Positions 22,498-31,582 of a stretch of 42,107 bases of DNA are shown here, in pieces (position 1 is the first letter of the stretch; every line of letters starts with the position of its first letter). Source of the stretch: a virus; the IMG/VR virus record IMGVR_UViG_3300028063_000002, positions 1-42,107 of that record. One strand, given 5' to 3'. A program made the translations under genes and the position numbers. A model generated the notes under the pieces. It worked only from the letters and a program-made list of their open reading frames with translations, searched no databases and was not told the DNA's origin.

Positions 22498-22669
22498 GGT
22501 TATGTAGCCATAGCATAAGAGTGGGGCTGCGGTTTGGTGAGGCCTCTGCTGATACCCACCAGATCAGCGTTGATCGGTAATTGAATCGATACTCCGCAGC
22601 TAGCTGGGGCATGGCCCGCCCTGTTGGCCCGCAAAGCCAAAGCGCACTGTATAAAGTGCTGTCCCAGCA

Positions 22670-23326
22670 TCAAAACCTCACATGACCAACTTGGCGATAC
22701 CCCGTAGGAATCAACGGGGCACCGCCCCACCGCGACGAATTGGCGTTCTGCTTGATGCTTTCGGTCAACGTCGCCACCTCCTGCGCCGCCTGCGCCATCC
22801 CGTCAGCATCACGCTCGCGACGTGCCAGATGATACAGCGCGCCCGCGACGTACAGGTCCGGGTGCTTCCGAAGCAGCCAGTTGGACACGGTAGCATCCGA
22901 CAGTCCGGGGATCCGTTGGTAATAGACCATTTCAACAGTCACATCACCCACAGGCCCGACGCGCAGATTGCGCCCCTCGATGGCATACGCCTGTGGACAA
23001 CCCGAGATGCCGCCATAGGTCTGGAGCATCCCACCCGGTGACATAGACGCCAACCCCCGGTCAGGCTGCGACTCCACGAAGATAAACCGCATTTCGTGGA
23101 AGTCGTCAGGCAGCGCGGTCAGTTCGGACGTGATGTCGAACACTACCCGCGTTTCCATGTCAGGCGTCCGCAGCGTTCGGTTAAATTCCGCCTCAGCCTT
23201 TCGCAATGCCCGGTCAATCGCCTCCTGACTATAATCGGCGTCGTCCATCATGTCGCGAATCTCGTCGATGAGTTCCGAGTAGTTGGAGATGGCGCCGGGG
23301 GCGTAGGTTGGGATTGCGATGGACAT
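22670..23326 (-). CDS. Putative head-to-tail adaptor / head completion protein
   Basis: ORF track. 1-nt overlap with the upstream gene. Size (218 aa) and position in the tail module. Assignment is positional only. Confidence 0.45.
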   Translation of the reverse strand: MSIAIPTYAPGAISNYSELIDEIRDMMDDADYSQEAIDRALRKAEAEFNRTLRTPDMETRVVFDITSELTALPDDFHEMRFIFVESQPDRGLASMSPGGMLQTYGGISGCPQAYAIEGRNLRVGPVGDVTVEMVYYQRIPGLSDATVSNWLLRKHPDLYVAGALYHLARRERDADGMAQAAQEVATLTESIKQNANSSRWGGAPLIPTGYRQVGHVRF

Positions 23327-24228
23327 TAGCTAACGACCTCGTATCGGGTGCCACCAATGTTCTTTAGCACAGACCCGACCGGGAGGCTCAACTTCTTTGC
23401 CCATGCTGCACCGATCTTGACTAGTCCGTCGTTGTTGCCGTCAGGAAGCACCTCACCAGCATCGAAGCCACGCGTTTCCGCGATAGGCGCCCACGTCACT
23501 AACACGTTCTTGCCCTTGCCATTCTTCTTGACGCGCAAATCCTCAACACGCGTAATAGGGCGACCGTCCACGCTCCCCCCGGTGATGGCGATCACCTGCC
23601 CCGGCTTGCCGTAATCGATCATCAGGTGGTGGCCCGTGCCTTCAAAGGTCGGGTTGACCAGCGTCGCGTCGAGCATGCCAGTGCCGAACCACCAGTGTGC
23701 CTCGCGAGGATCGCGGCTGGCGCAATCGACGTACACCCCGCCATCCCATGCGCGGTAGTTGCGCTTGTTGCGCTCAGATCGGCAGTTTTCCAGGCGATAT
23801 TCGCCCTTGTTGTCGAACCCACCGTCGCTGTTGTCGTGGCTGTAGCAGTCGCGGAACACCAAGCCGATGCAACCCCGCTCGCTCGCGAAGCCGTCGCCGT
23901 TGTCGTATTTCTTGGGGACGGGCACCATGCAGAAGTGCGACGCCTCGCAACCTTCCACCAGCACGTCCGACACACCGCCCTGAATCTCTACACCACCGGG
24001 CAGATTACTGCCCGTCTGCGGCGCCTTAAGCGTGAAAAAGCAACCCACGATCCGCACGCCCTTGGAAGCGCCCTTGAGCCGGATCCCGCCCCGCTCCATG
24101 ACAGACTTGACCCGCTCAATGGTCAGGCCGCTGCTGATTCCCTTGAGGTCGTCGTACAGGCGATACCCGGTCGGGAAACTCTTGTCGGCGATGTGCAGGT
24201 TCGTGCGCGGTTCTATCTTCGACGCCAT
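23326..24228 (-). CDS. Virion-associated right-handed beta-helix protein (possible second glycanase)
   Basis: ORF track. Repeating VRIVGC / VLVEGC / LVFRDC / YRLENC / VYVDC rungs with NGDGF/NSDGGFD turns, typical of pectate-lyase-fold proteins. Confidence 0.55.
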   Translation of the reverse strand: MASKIEPRTNLHIADKSFPTGYRLYDDLKGISSGLTIERVKSVMERGGIRLKGASKGVRIVGCFFTLKAPQTGSNLPGGVEIQGGVSDVLVEGCEASHFCMVPVPKKYDNGDGFASERGCIGLVFRDCYSHDNSDGGFDNKGEYRLENCRSERNKRNYRAWDGGVYVDCASRDPREAHWWFGTGMLDATLVNPTFEGTGHHLMIDYGKPGQVIAITGGSVDGRPITRVEDLRVKKNGKGKNVLVTWAPIAETRGFDAGEVLPDGNNDGLVKIGAAWAKKLSLPVGSVLKNIGGTRYEVVS

Positions 24229-24257
24229 GTCAGTTCGCCTTTAAGCGGTAATGGGAT

Positions 24258-26516
24258 TTACGCACCAACTGCTGTCATATAAGCGGCCCGCGCAGCCGCT
24301 AGATCGGTGTGCTCTGCGGTCGTGAGATGCCCGCCGATCATGTTGTCGGTGTACTGACGAGCAGCGTACCCAGTCGCAGAGGAACGACCGACGCGGAGAG
24401 TCTCGCTCACAGGCGCTACAGTAGCAGTGCCCGTCACACGAGCACGGGCGACGCCATTGCGATACGCGACCACACCGGTTGCGGTGCCATCGTCTCGATC
24501 ACCCGCGAAGAACCCGTTGCCGAGCGTGGCCCCGCCGACAAAACTCGAAACGCTTGTCTGGTTCAAACGAACGTTGAGATTATCGCCCGTTGCTCGGCAA
24601 GCAAGAGTGACACCACTGGTTCCATTGAACCACCCACCATCGGAGTTGGCACTTGCCGCGCTAGTCCGCGAGCCAATCGCAAATAGCGCGGAGTTTTGCG
24701 TAAACTTCGGAGAAGGCGCAGTCGCCGGATTGAAGTTCGAGTTGATCTCCGATGCCGCGCCATCGGTGGTGAAGCCGCGGTCGACCGTGAACGTGGGCGG
24801 CGTTGCACTCAGGGTAGCGGCATAAGCTGCCGGATTTGCCCAGTTAATGAGCGCCGCTGCCGAGCTATGCGCTGCATAAGTGTGGAGCACATCCAGCTTG
24901 GCGAGGATATTTGTACCAGACGTCGAACCCATCAAGAGCGCCTTAACATAGGTATCAATGACACCCTTGCGCGTCGTGTCAGGTTCGGATCCTGCCGCCT
25001 GCATCGCCGTAAAGATCGCGGTGGACTCAGTAGCGTACGAACCCGGCGTGTAAGACAAGGTAGCCGTGGGCGCGCTGTCCCCGCCCCGCGAGCGCGCGAT
25101 AACGCGAATGTCACGCGCACCGCTACCGGGCGCAACGGCAGATACCGTGCCACCCTCTGCCGTGTACTCTGCCGGGAAGACGAGAAGATCGTTGCCCCAG
25201 CTATTTGCGCCGACTGCGCTCGTCTGGACGACATACGCAACTGCGTTGCCAGTCGGAACCTTCCACGAGATGGTATCATTGACCAGCGACGGATTGGCTG
25301 GCGTAGCGGGCGCCGCGGCAGAAAGCGCGATCGCAGCAGCGCGAACGCCCGCACGGCGTGTGCCGCTATTGCGACATGCTGCGGCGCTGTAATGCGTGTT
25401 GTCGCCTGAGAAGTTCGTACCAGCCGTACCCGGAACGTAGAAGCTATTGGCGATCGTGAGAGGCGCCTTACGATGCGCCGCCTGGATACCCAGCGCTACC
25501 GAGCCATTCCCCGCAATAAACTCTGGCGTCATGCCATGCATGAGGAACGGAGCGGATGCCGCGCCCGTCACTGCACGGAACCCGGCAACCATCGTCGCCA
25601 ACGCCGCTGAGTAATTGGCCTCCGATGTCAGTTTGGTGATTACGTCTTCTTCGCCCTGCGTCCACAGGATGTCTACGACCGCGCCTGGATAAGCCGCTAG
25701 ACACGCAGCCAATGCATCACGCGCGGCGACATAACGCGTGCCCGATGGCGCAGCCCACACGTCGTTATAGAGCGCGGTTTCGCCGACAGCGGCGGGAATG
25801 ATGACAACGTTGGTAAAGCTGGCTAGTCGTGCCTTCGCGTACGACACCGCTGGCGCGGGGCCACGGATCGACGAACCACCAGAAGGTGCAGGCCAAGGTA
25901 GGCCCGCCGGGAACTGGTTGGCAATGGCCGTTGGCGGCGCAACGCCAATCTCCCACTGCAAGATAGCCGGGTTGTTAGCATCAAGCGTTGGGTCAATGTT
26001 CGCGTTACGCCCGGTCCCCGCTTCGTTCGACTGGCCGATCGCCATGACGATAAGCGTAGAAGATGGCGTTGGCGTAGGCGTCGGAGTAGGCGTGCCGCCC
26101 CCACCACCCGGGAAATTACCCCCAAGCCCCTCCAACGACCCGCCCAGCCCCCGAACATACAACGTCTGCATGATGTCAGACGCGAACACCCCCGTGCCCT
26201 GGCGCCCAACAAAGCGCTCCGTGCCGCTGTAAACATCCAACTGGCGCCCGAAGGGGATAGGATCCGGCGTTGCAGTGCCTGCAAGATACGCCGTCAGCTC
26301 TGCAAGCGTGAATTCGACCAACACACCGCCCTGAACAGCGCGATAGGTCTCAGTGCCAGTACGTTCGGTCAGAAGACTACGAAAAGGACGCGACCGCACA
26401 CCGGTGGAGGCCAGAATAGCCGCAACCTGCGTTCTGTTTACATACAGCGTTTTGCCGTCCTTGTTCAGAACCAACAGTTCGCTGCCATTCGGCGGGCTGG
26501 AAGGCTTAACGCGCAT
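24258..26516 (-). CDS. Tail fibre/spike with a SASA-type (SGNH-like) carbohydrate O-acetylesterase domain and a C-terminal lectin-like domain
   Basis: IVMAIGQSNEAGTG (GQSN nucleophile motif), ILWTQGEED (W.QGE.D) and GDNTHYS (D..H) together match the sialate-O-acetylesterase (DUF303/SASA) signature at about aa 155-390. PTPTPTPTP linker before it. The C-terminal roughly 200 aa look concanavalin/LamG-like. Confidence 0.75.
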   Translation of the reverse strand: MRVKPSSPPNGSELLVLNKDGKTLYVNRTQVAAILASTGVRSRPFRSLLTERTGTETYRAVQGGVLVEFTLAELTAYLAGTATPDPIPFGRQLDVYSGTERFVGRQGTGVFASDIMQTLYVRGLGGSLEGLGGNFPGGGGGTPTPTPTPTPSSTLIVMAIGQSNEAGTGRNANIDPTLDANNPAILQWEIGVAPPTAIANQFPAGLPWPAPSGGSSIRGPAPAVSYAKARLASFTNVVIIPAAVGETALYNDVWAAPSGTRYVAARDALAACLAAYPGAVVDILWTQGEEDVITKLTSEANYSAALATMVAGFRAVTGAASAPFLMHGMTPEFIAGNGSVALGIQAAHRKAPLTIANSFYVPGTAGTNFSGDNTHYSAAACRNSGTRRAGVRAAAIALSAAAPATPANPSLVNDTISWKVPTGNAVAYVVQTSAVGANSWGNDLLVFPAEYTAEGGTVSAVAPGSGARDIRVIARSRGGDSAPTATLSYTPGSYATESTAIFTAMQAAGSEPDTTRKGVIDTYVKALLMGSTSGTNILAKLDVLHTYAAHSSAAALINWANPAAYAATLSATPPTFTVDRGFTTDGAASEINSNFNPATAPSPKFTQNSALFAIGSRTSAASANSDGGWFNGTSGVTLACRATGDNLNVRLNQTSVSSFVGGATLGNGFFAGDRDDGTATGVVAYRNGVARARVTGTATVAPVSETLRVGRSSATGYAARQYTDNMIGGHLTTAEHTDLAAARAAYMTAVGA

Positions 26517-26518
26517 AT

Positions 26519-27052
26519 TCAGGTCACCTTAAAGATCGAAACGGGTATAGCATAAGTCGCGCCTATGCCCAACAATGGAGTGTAGTAGCCGATACTTACG
26601 TTTCCGGCACTTGCGGGATAGGCATTGACCACTTCGCAGCCTGTAGTTGGCGCGGCGGTGGGGATGGCCAGGAGGGTGTCGGTGGCTGTGACACCAGCTA
26701 GCGCGAAGGTCTTGCGCTTCATGCCCAACGCGAGTGACACCAGCAACGTTTCGGTGACGTTGATGGTGCCTAGTAGGACTAGACGGCCCGTGGTGGGGGC
26801 TGGGGCGCCTGCGGGGCCTTGTGGGCCGACAGGGCCGGGGACGGTAGAGGCTGGGCCGGTTGCGCCGGTTTCGCCCCTTACTCCCTGGATGCCCTGTGAA
26901 CCTGTTTCGCCTTTGGCGCCCTGTGATCCGGCTTCACCCTTCGGTCCGACGCTGCCAGTCTCGCCCTTCGGCCCGACCGGTCCAATCGGACCCTGTGCGC
27001 CCGCATCGCCCATGCTGCCTTTGAGCGGATACCCCGGAACCTTCGTACCCAT
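26519..27052 (-). CDS. Collagen-like tail fibre protein
   Basis: About 25 uninterrupted G-X-Y triplets ([53 protein letters not shown]...), followed by a roughly 85-aa globular C-terminus. Confidence 0.85.
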   Translation of the reverse strand: MGTKVPGYPLKGSMGDAGAQGPIGPVGPKGETGSVGPKGEAGSQGAKGETGSQGIQGVRGETGATGPASTVPGPVGPQGPAGAPAPTTGRLVLLGTINVTETLLVSLALGMKRKTFALAGVTATDTLLAIPTAAPTTGCEVVNAYPASAGNVSIGYYTPLLGIGATYAIPVSIFKVT

Positions 27053-27432
27053 TACGAACCCGAACCATAAATGAGTATGAACCGCGTCCGCTTGCCCTCA
27101 TAGGCCCATGCACCGCCGCTTGTCAGGATCGGGAACCCCGGCTCGTCATCAGCCACGGCAGCAACCCACTGCGGCATCTGCGTGCGTCCTATGTATTTCT
27201 CGCCTGGGTGGAGATAATGCCCGTTCTCTTTGACATTGGGCATGTCGCCCGCAGCCCCGCGCCAACCAGCGAACCAGATATGGAACGGGTTGGGGTTCTG
27301 TACGATAAAGCTTGTGATGCCCTGCCCCGTCATTGGAGCAACCGCAACAGGAACGGCAACCAAACCAACGCTGCCGATGATAGGGCGGACGTTGAGGTTG
27401 CGGCGAAAAGGCTGGATAAGGGAATCGGCCAT
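27052..27432 (-). CDS. Hypothetical structural protein
   Basis: Track ORF 27052..27447 starts at a TTG. The ATG (MADSLIQ...) overlapping the upstream stop (TAATG) is preferred. Confidence 0.7.
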   Translation of the reverse strand: MADSLIQPFRRNLNVRPIIGSVGLVAVPVAVAPMTGQGITSFIVQNPNPFHIWFAGWRGAAGDMPNVKENGHYLHPGEKYIGRTQMPQWVAAVADDEPGFPILTSGGAWAYEGKRTRFILIYGSGS

Positions 27433-27737
27433 TACTGCTTCACCCAACCGCTATCGGACGCCACCTCACCATTGGTATAGGTAAGCGTGCGGATCCACGT
27501 GCTGCCGTTCTTGACAGTCTGCGTCTGGAGATTTCCGCTGGGGTCATAAGTGTTGGCAAGACCCTTGTGAACGGGGACAATACCGCCGTTGGTGTCGAGT
27601 TCGACAACAGTGGTGTAAATCACGCTGTCATCACCGCTGCTGACGATAATCCGTCCGCGCTTGTCGATCTGTAGGCGGGACACCATGCCACTATCCAGAA
27701 TTGGCAGCGTCTCGCTGTACTTACCAAACATGTCCAT
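27432..27737 (-). CDS. Hypothetical structural protein
   Basis: ORF track. First gene after the terminator at about 27750-27784. Confidence 0.75.
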   Translation of the reverse strand: MDMFGKYSETLPILDSGMVSRLQIDKRGRIIVSSGDDSVIYTTVVELDTNGGIVPVHKGLANTYDPSGNLQTQTVKNGSTWIRTLTYTNGEVASDSGWVKQ

Positions 27738-27749
27738 ACGCTACGTCCT

Positions 27750-27784
27750 CACAAAGAAAGGGCCAGCCCCGAAGGACCGGCCCC
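27750..27784 (-). terminator. Strong intrinsic terminator after the head-gene block
   Basis: Minus-strand RNA: GGGCCGGUCC-UUCG-GGGCUGGCCC (10-bp stem including 2 G-U pairs, UUCG tetraloop), followed by UUUCUUUGUG. 12 nt after the stop of 27797..28132. Confidence 0.75.
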
Positions 27785-27796
27785 ACCTAGTATTGG

Positions 27797-28132
27797 TTAC
27801 AGCTTCGGTTCGTAGCTTGCCCGGATTGCTGCCTTCAGTGCGTCACCATCGCCGAGGTTGGCGATACCCGCAACGCGCCGCATGTACGCAACGGCCTTGA
27901 GAGCCGTCACAGGCAGGGCGTCAAGGTCTGCATCGTCTGGAACCTGCTCCAGCGACGTTGCGATGACCATTGCCTCCTTGGCCGGAACCTTCTCCCAGCT
28001 TTCGCCAGGAGTGGTCTCGACTTCCTTGCCGTCGATCTTGACCTTCTGGGGTTCCCAGATAAACGGCTCGCCCGCCGCATAGATGATGCCACCAGCCTGG
28101 ACAGCGTGGGGAGCCTTATAGAACTGCGTCAT
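27797..28132 (-). CDS. Hypothetical head-associated protein
   Basis: ORF track. Last gene before the terminator, downstream of the capsid and cement genes. Confidence 0.75.
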   Translation of the reverse strand: MTQFYKAPHAVQAGGIIYAAGEPFIWEPQKVKIDGKEVETTPGESWEKVPAKEAMVIATSLEQVPDDADLDALPVTALKAVAYMRRVAGIANLGDGDALKAAIRASYEPKL

Positions 28133-28145
28133 GTCTTAGGGCTCC

Positions 28146-28577
28146 TTATGCCGACTGGCGGGCGGCAACGACGCCTGCGGTGATACGCCCGGTCGTGGGC
28201 GCTGTGCCTGCGACGGTATAGTTCAAACGAACATAACGCTCGTTCGTCCCCGCCATCAGCCGGTCAGGGAGCAGATACTTCGCCCCCGTTGCAAGCTGTG
28301 CCAGCGTGTAGGCTGGCGACGTGAACACCGTGGTAGGCGACGAGAATGCCGCGTTGTCGTCAACCTGAAGGCTGATCGACATCGAGGTCAGGTTGTTGAA
28401 CGTCTGAGTGACCGTGACGGCCATTTCAGCGTCCGTACCGAAGCCGATTTCTCGGACCATCGGGGTTGCGGAACCGATGACAGTGCCAGTCGCGCCAAGA
28501 TCGATGACGTTCGTGGATGCCGTGGTGCCGGTGATTGCCTGCCCATCGCTGAACAGGAGTGCGCGCGAGAAAATCAT
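28146..28577 (-). CDS. Capsid cement/decoration protein (Bbp16-like by recollection)
   Basis: Start set at MIFSRALLFSDGQAITGTTASTNVIDLG, with RBS AGGAG 8 nt upstream. The LFSD.QAIT...S.NVIDLG pattern, and the position directly after the major capsid gene, recall the BPP-1 cement protein family. Confidence 0.55.
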   Translation of the reverse strand: MIFSRALLFSDGQAITGTTASTNVIDLGATGTVIGSATPMVREIGFGTDAEMAVTVTQTFNNLTSMSISLQVDDNAAFSSPTTVFTSPAYTLAQLATGAKYLLPDRLMAGTNERYVRLNYTVAGTAPTTGRITAGVVAARQSA

Positions 28578-28593
28578 GTCAGTATACTCCTGT

Positions 28594-29598
28594 TCAAACC
28601 ACAAGCTGTTCGGCGTTCACCAAAGCGTCCACCTCACGGATCGGCATATTCCGGTAAACCAGAACCTCCTGCCCTGCGACCTCATCGGGACGGAGCTGAA
28701 CCTTGTCCGCGTTGGTCGTTGCAGCGTCGAGCGCCTGAAGGAAGGTGCGGTTTGCGTAGATGACTGTCTTGCCCATCGACACCATGCCGCCGTTCTGGAT
28801 CTTGCCGTTACGACGACCCTGAAGAGCCCAATAGGCCTTCGAAAGCAGCGCGTAGGGATCGACCGTTCCAGCGAGCAGGTTCGAAACGTCGATGTTCGCG
28901 ATACGGGCGTTGAAGCGCCAGTCACCAACCGAGACGCCGACATGCTGGCGGAACTCTTCTTCCTTGCCGTAGTACGCATTGCCAATGTCATCGGTAACGC
29001 GCTGCTCGCCCTTGTCCTTGCGCGAGACGCCGCCCATCGTACCCTCTGGGTAGATAAGACGCGTCTGGTTCGCGCCGTGGGTGACGAACCACACCGACAT
29101 GTTGTCCGAGCCAGTGCCGCCGCCATTGATGACCTGCGAGTTGGCCAGCGTGTTGTAGCGCGCACCCAGACCCTTGAAACGCTCCGGCGTGGTTGCCGTG
29201 TCGCTGTAGAAGAAGTTGGTCTGAACTTCCTGCGCGATCGACTCAAGGAACGGCTGTGCTTCCGACATGCGGACGGCGCCGGGGTTCTTCGAGATTTCCA
29301 GCAGGCGATTATCGACGAACGACAGGCCCTCGACGAAACCGGTCGTGTCTTCGACCTGCTGCGTGGTGGACTTGCTCTGCGGAATGCCCTGATAGAGCTT
29401 GCCCCACGTGACAGGCGGCAGGCCGGTACGCGTGGTGGTCAGGTGCTTGGTGCCCTGGTTGCATTCGACCGTGTAGGCGTCCTGCATGAGCGGATTGATG
29501 GTGTTAAGCGCCTCAATAACCGGTGCAAGGGCACGGGTGCTGTCGGTACGCTTGGCGAGGTCGATTAGATCAAGATACGAATTGCCGATGGTTGCCAC
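28594..29598 (-). CDS. Major capsid protein
   Basis: ORF track. 334 aa, immediately downstream of the scaffold gene and upstream of the cement-like gene. Composition and size fit an HK97-fold coat protein. Confidence 0.85.
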   Translation of the reverse strand: MATIGNSYLDLIDLAKRTDSTRALAPVIEALNTINPLMQDAYTVECNQGTKHLTTTRTGLPPVTWGKLYQGIPQSKSTTQQVEDTTGFVEGLSFVDNRLLEISKNPGAVRMSEAQPFLESIAQEVQTNFFYSDTATTPERFKGLGARYNTLANSQVINGGGTGSDNMSVWFVTHGANQTRLIYPEGTMGGVSRKDKGEQRVTDDIGNAYYGKEEEFRQHVGVSVGDWRFNARIANIDVSNLLAGTVDPYALLSKAYWALQGRRNGKIQNGGMVSMGKTVIYANRTFLQALDAATTNADKVQLRPDEVAGQEVLVYRNMPIREVDALVNAEQLVV

Positions 29599-29611
29599 TC
29601 TGGCCTCCTAA

Positions 29612-30577
29612 TCAGTCGTTGGGGTAAAGCACTTTTATCGGGTCGTTCGATTGCGCGGGGCGCCCCGTAATAGTGCCCGGTTTGATCGTGACCGGAGGAA
29701 GTTGCCGCGTTGGCTTGAACTGACCATTCGGGTTGCGCCTTGCAGCGTCCTTAGCGGCCTTGTGTTCGCGCCACAACTTGGCGTCCTGCTGGTCGTCATA
29801 GATAGTGCGAAGGGCCTTCAGTTCGTCCGCCGTAGCGTGATCGATCTGCGACCTGTCGAGCCCAATCTTCTCAGCCGCCTCGAAAGCCTTATCAAAGAAT
29901 CCCGTGCGGGTTTCCTCATTCTGGATCTCGGGGATAGCCATCAAAGCCCGGTCACGCGCATCAACAAATGCCTGATCGACAGTGCTGGATGCCTCGCCAC
30001 CGATTTTCTCCACTTCCTGCATGAACTCCGAGAGTTCAGCCTGAACGGCATCGTACTGGGCTTTTTGCGCCACGTAGGAGGCTGGGTCAGAGTACGCCAT
30101 CTGCGGATCCGGGGCCGGAGGAAGCTTGATGCTTTCCACAACTGCCCGCAACTGCTGGCTATACACCGCCTTCGCCTGGGCATCGGCCATTGCTGCGCGG
30201 CTTTCGGCTTCGCGCTGGGCGTTAGCTGCCTTGGTGGTGGCTGCGGTAACTTGACTGTTTCGACGGGCTTCTACGTCAGCAAGGAGGCGCTGGGCTTTGG
30301 GATCAAGCTGCGCAAACTGCGTTTTCTCGTCCGCATTAAGACTGGCGGGGGCTTCGATGACCTCGGCGGGTTCGTCGTCCTCGTTCGTCTGCTGTTCGCC
30401 GGTGTCGTCTTCCTCGCTTGCATCAGCGGGCTTGTCATCCGGGTACATTTCATTTTCGGTTACTTCGTCCGGCGTGGACTCGGTATCCTGCGGGGTATCT
30501 ACGACAGCCTCGGTAGCGACCGTCGTATCATCGACAGAATCGCCGCCGACTGCTGCATCATCTGCAAACTGGGTCAT
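29612..30577 (-). CDS. Scaffolding protein
   Basis: Very acidic N-terminal third (DDTGEQQTNEDDEPAE), a long Ala/Gln/Glu helical middle, and position between the portal and capsid genes. First ATG (MTQFADD) used instead of the track's TTG. Confidence 0.75.
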   Translation of the reverse strand: MTQFADDAAVGGDSVDDTTVATEAVVDTPQDTESTPDEVTENEMYPDDKPADASEEDDTGEQQTNEDDEPAEVIEAPASLNADEKTQFAQLDPKAQRLLADVEARRNSQVTAATTKAANAQREAESRAAMADAQAKAVYSQQLRAVVESIKLPPAPDPQMAYSDPASYVAQKAQYDAVQAELSEFMQEVEKIGGEASSTVDQAFVDARDRALMAIPEIQNEETRTGFFDKAFEAAEKIGLDRSQIDHATADELKALRTIYDDQQDAKLWREHKAAKDAARRNPNGQFKPTRQLPPVTIKPGTITGRPAQSNDPIKVLYPND

Positions 30578-30610
30578 TGGTGGTTCCAAACTGCGTTAGT
30601 GCAGTGTTGG

Positions 30611-30639
30611 GAAATTACACCAATGATTGGGATTCTGCA
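30611..30639 (-). promoter_or_regulatory. Candidate promoter upstream of the scaffold/capsid genes
   Basis: Minus strand: TTGCAG-aatcccaatcattggtg(17)-TAATTT. The spacer contains the palindrome CCAATCATTGG. Confidence 0.4.
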
Positions 30640-30657
30640 ACGGATATTGTTAGCGGC

Positions 30658-30855
30658 TTACATTGCAACAATATCGAAGCCTTCGTGCATGTTCGCTTTC
30701 ACAATATGAACGCTTACCGCCTTAGGGTGGCGCACTTTCGCTTCGGCAAGAATTGCGTCCACAGCCTGCTTTGGCGTCAATCCCGAGCGCTCAAGATCTG
30801 CTAAATCTGACCGTGCTATACGTCCAATTACCATCTCATCTCTCCCTAAAATCAC
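30658..30855 (-). CDS. Hypothetical protein
   Basis: ORF track. ATGA overlap with the upstream gene. Confidence 0.7.
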   Translation of the reverse strand: MILGRDEMVIGRIARSDLADLERSGLTPKQAVDAILAEAKVRHPKAVSVHIVKANMHEGFDIVAM

Positions 30856-31025
30856 GCCCCCTTAGGCAACCTCCGCCGAATCTTAGCATTCAACGCCAAC
30901 CTTTGGCGCTCCTTGCTATCGTCGGCTTCCTTCTCGGCGAATGCGTGGGGATTGACGCGCTTGGCCTCAACCCTTTCCGCCTGTGCCGCCAGCAGCCGCG
31001 CGTAGCATTCTTCGGCAGCGTTCAC
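30852..31025 (-). CDS. Hypothetical protein (57 aa)
   Basis: In-frame GTG (VNAAEECY...) forms a GTGA overlap with the stop of 31022..31315. The longer track ORF (to 31079) would overlap that gene by 58 nt. Confidence 0.55.
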   Translation of the reverse strand: MNAAEECYARLLAAQAERVEAKRVNPHAFAEKEADDSKERQRLALNAKIRRRLPKGA

Positions 31026-31315
31026 AGCCCTAGCCAGCGGCGGCGTTCCGGCGACAATGCTTCGATCTGCCGCGTCCAAGCCTCGTTAGCCTCAGCAATA
31101 TCCCCACCAGCAATAACCGCCGCAATATGCGACCGCACGCCCTGGGACACCTTCAGAGCGAAAGCCAGCGCCTTGATTTTGTCGGTTGCCCACGGCTCCT
31201 GCGTGGCGATGTCGGTCAGGCGGCGGGTATATCCGGCCTCCACGGCGTCAAACGCAGGCGCCAGCACCTTCATGGCGTTGGCTGTGGCTTGCGGGTCTGG
31301 GATGGCGATGGTCAT
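31022..31315 (-). CDS. Hypothetical protein
   Basis: ORF track. ATGA overlap with the small ORF upstream. Confidence 0.75.
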   Translation of the reverse strand: MTIAIPDPQATANAMKVLAPAFDAVEAGYTRRLTDIATQEPWATDKIKALAFALKVSQGVRSHIAAVIAGGDIAEANEAWTRQIEALSPERRRWLGL

Positions 31316-31452
31316 GCGTCAGGCTTCCCCGTAGAAAGCCCCATGACGTAATCCACCATCTCGTTAGCCACAGTGTACACGTCCTTGAGTTCAGCGCCCA
31401 TCTCGATAGCGCTTTGCAAGGCCCACTGGCGAAGTTCCATTTCTTCGGTCAT
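31312..31452 (-). CDS. Hypothetical protein (46 aa; not in the ORF track)
   Basis: Hand translation: MTEEMELRQWALQSAIEMGAELKDVYTVANEMVDYVMGLSTGKPDA. RBS AAGGGAA. ATGA overlap with the 31315 start. Confidence 0.5.
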   Translation of the reverse strand: MTEEMELRQWALQSAIEMGAELKDVYTVANEMVDYVMGLSTGKPDA

Positions 31453-31453
31453 G

Positions 31454-31582
31454 TCAGCGGGTTCCCTTTAGAGGCCGCTTGAAACGCCCCAATAGCTCAT
31501 CAAGCTTTAAGCTGTTCCGTCGAGCATTGGGATTATCCTTGATATCCCCGGCCTCCCGAAGTAGCCGCTCTCCCTCTTTCAT
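31454..31582 (-). CDS. Hypothetical protein (42 aa; not in the ORF track)
   Basis: Hand translation: MKEGERLLREAGDIKDNPNARRNSLKLDELLGRFKRPLKGTR. RBS GAGGGAGA 7 nt upstream. Its stop is 1 nt before the next ATG. Confidence 0.4.
   Translation of the reverse strand: MKEGERLLREAGDIKDNPNARRNSLKLDELLGRFKRPLKGTR

Noticed and set aside
28408-29568. 386-aa plus-strand ORF, one of the longest in the track
   Set aside because: It lies entirely antisense to the major capsid gene. The product is Arg/Leu/Val-rich with no motifs or RBS. Long stop-free antisense frames are expected in high-GC coding DNA. The same applies to 29651..30709 (+), antisense to the scaffold gene, and 18129..18695 (+), antisense to the 843-aa gene.
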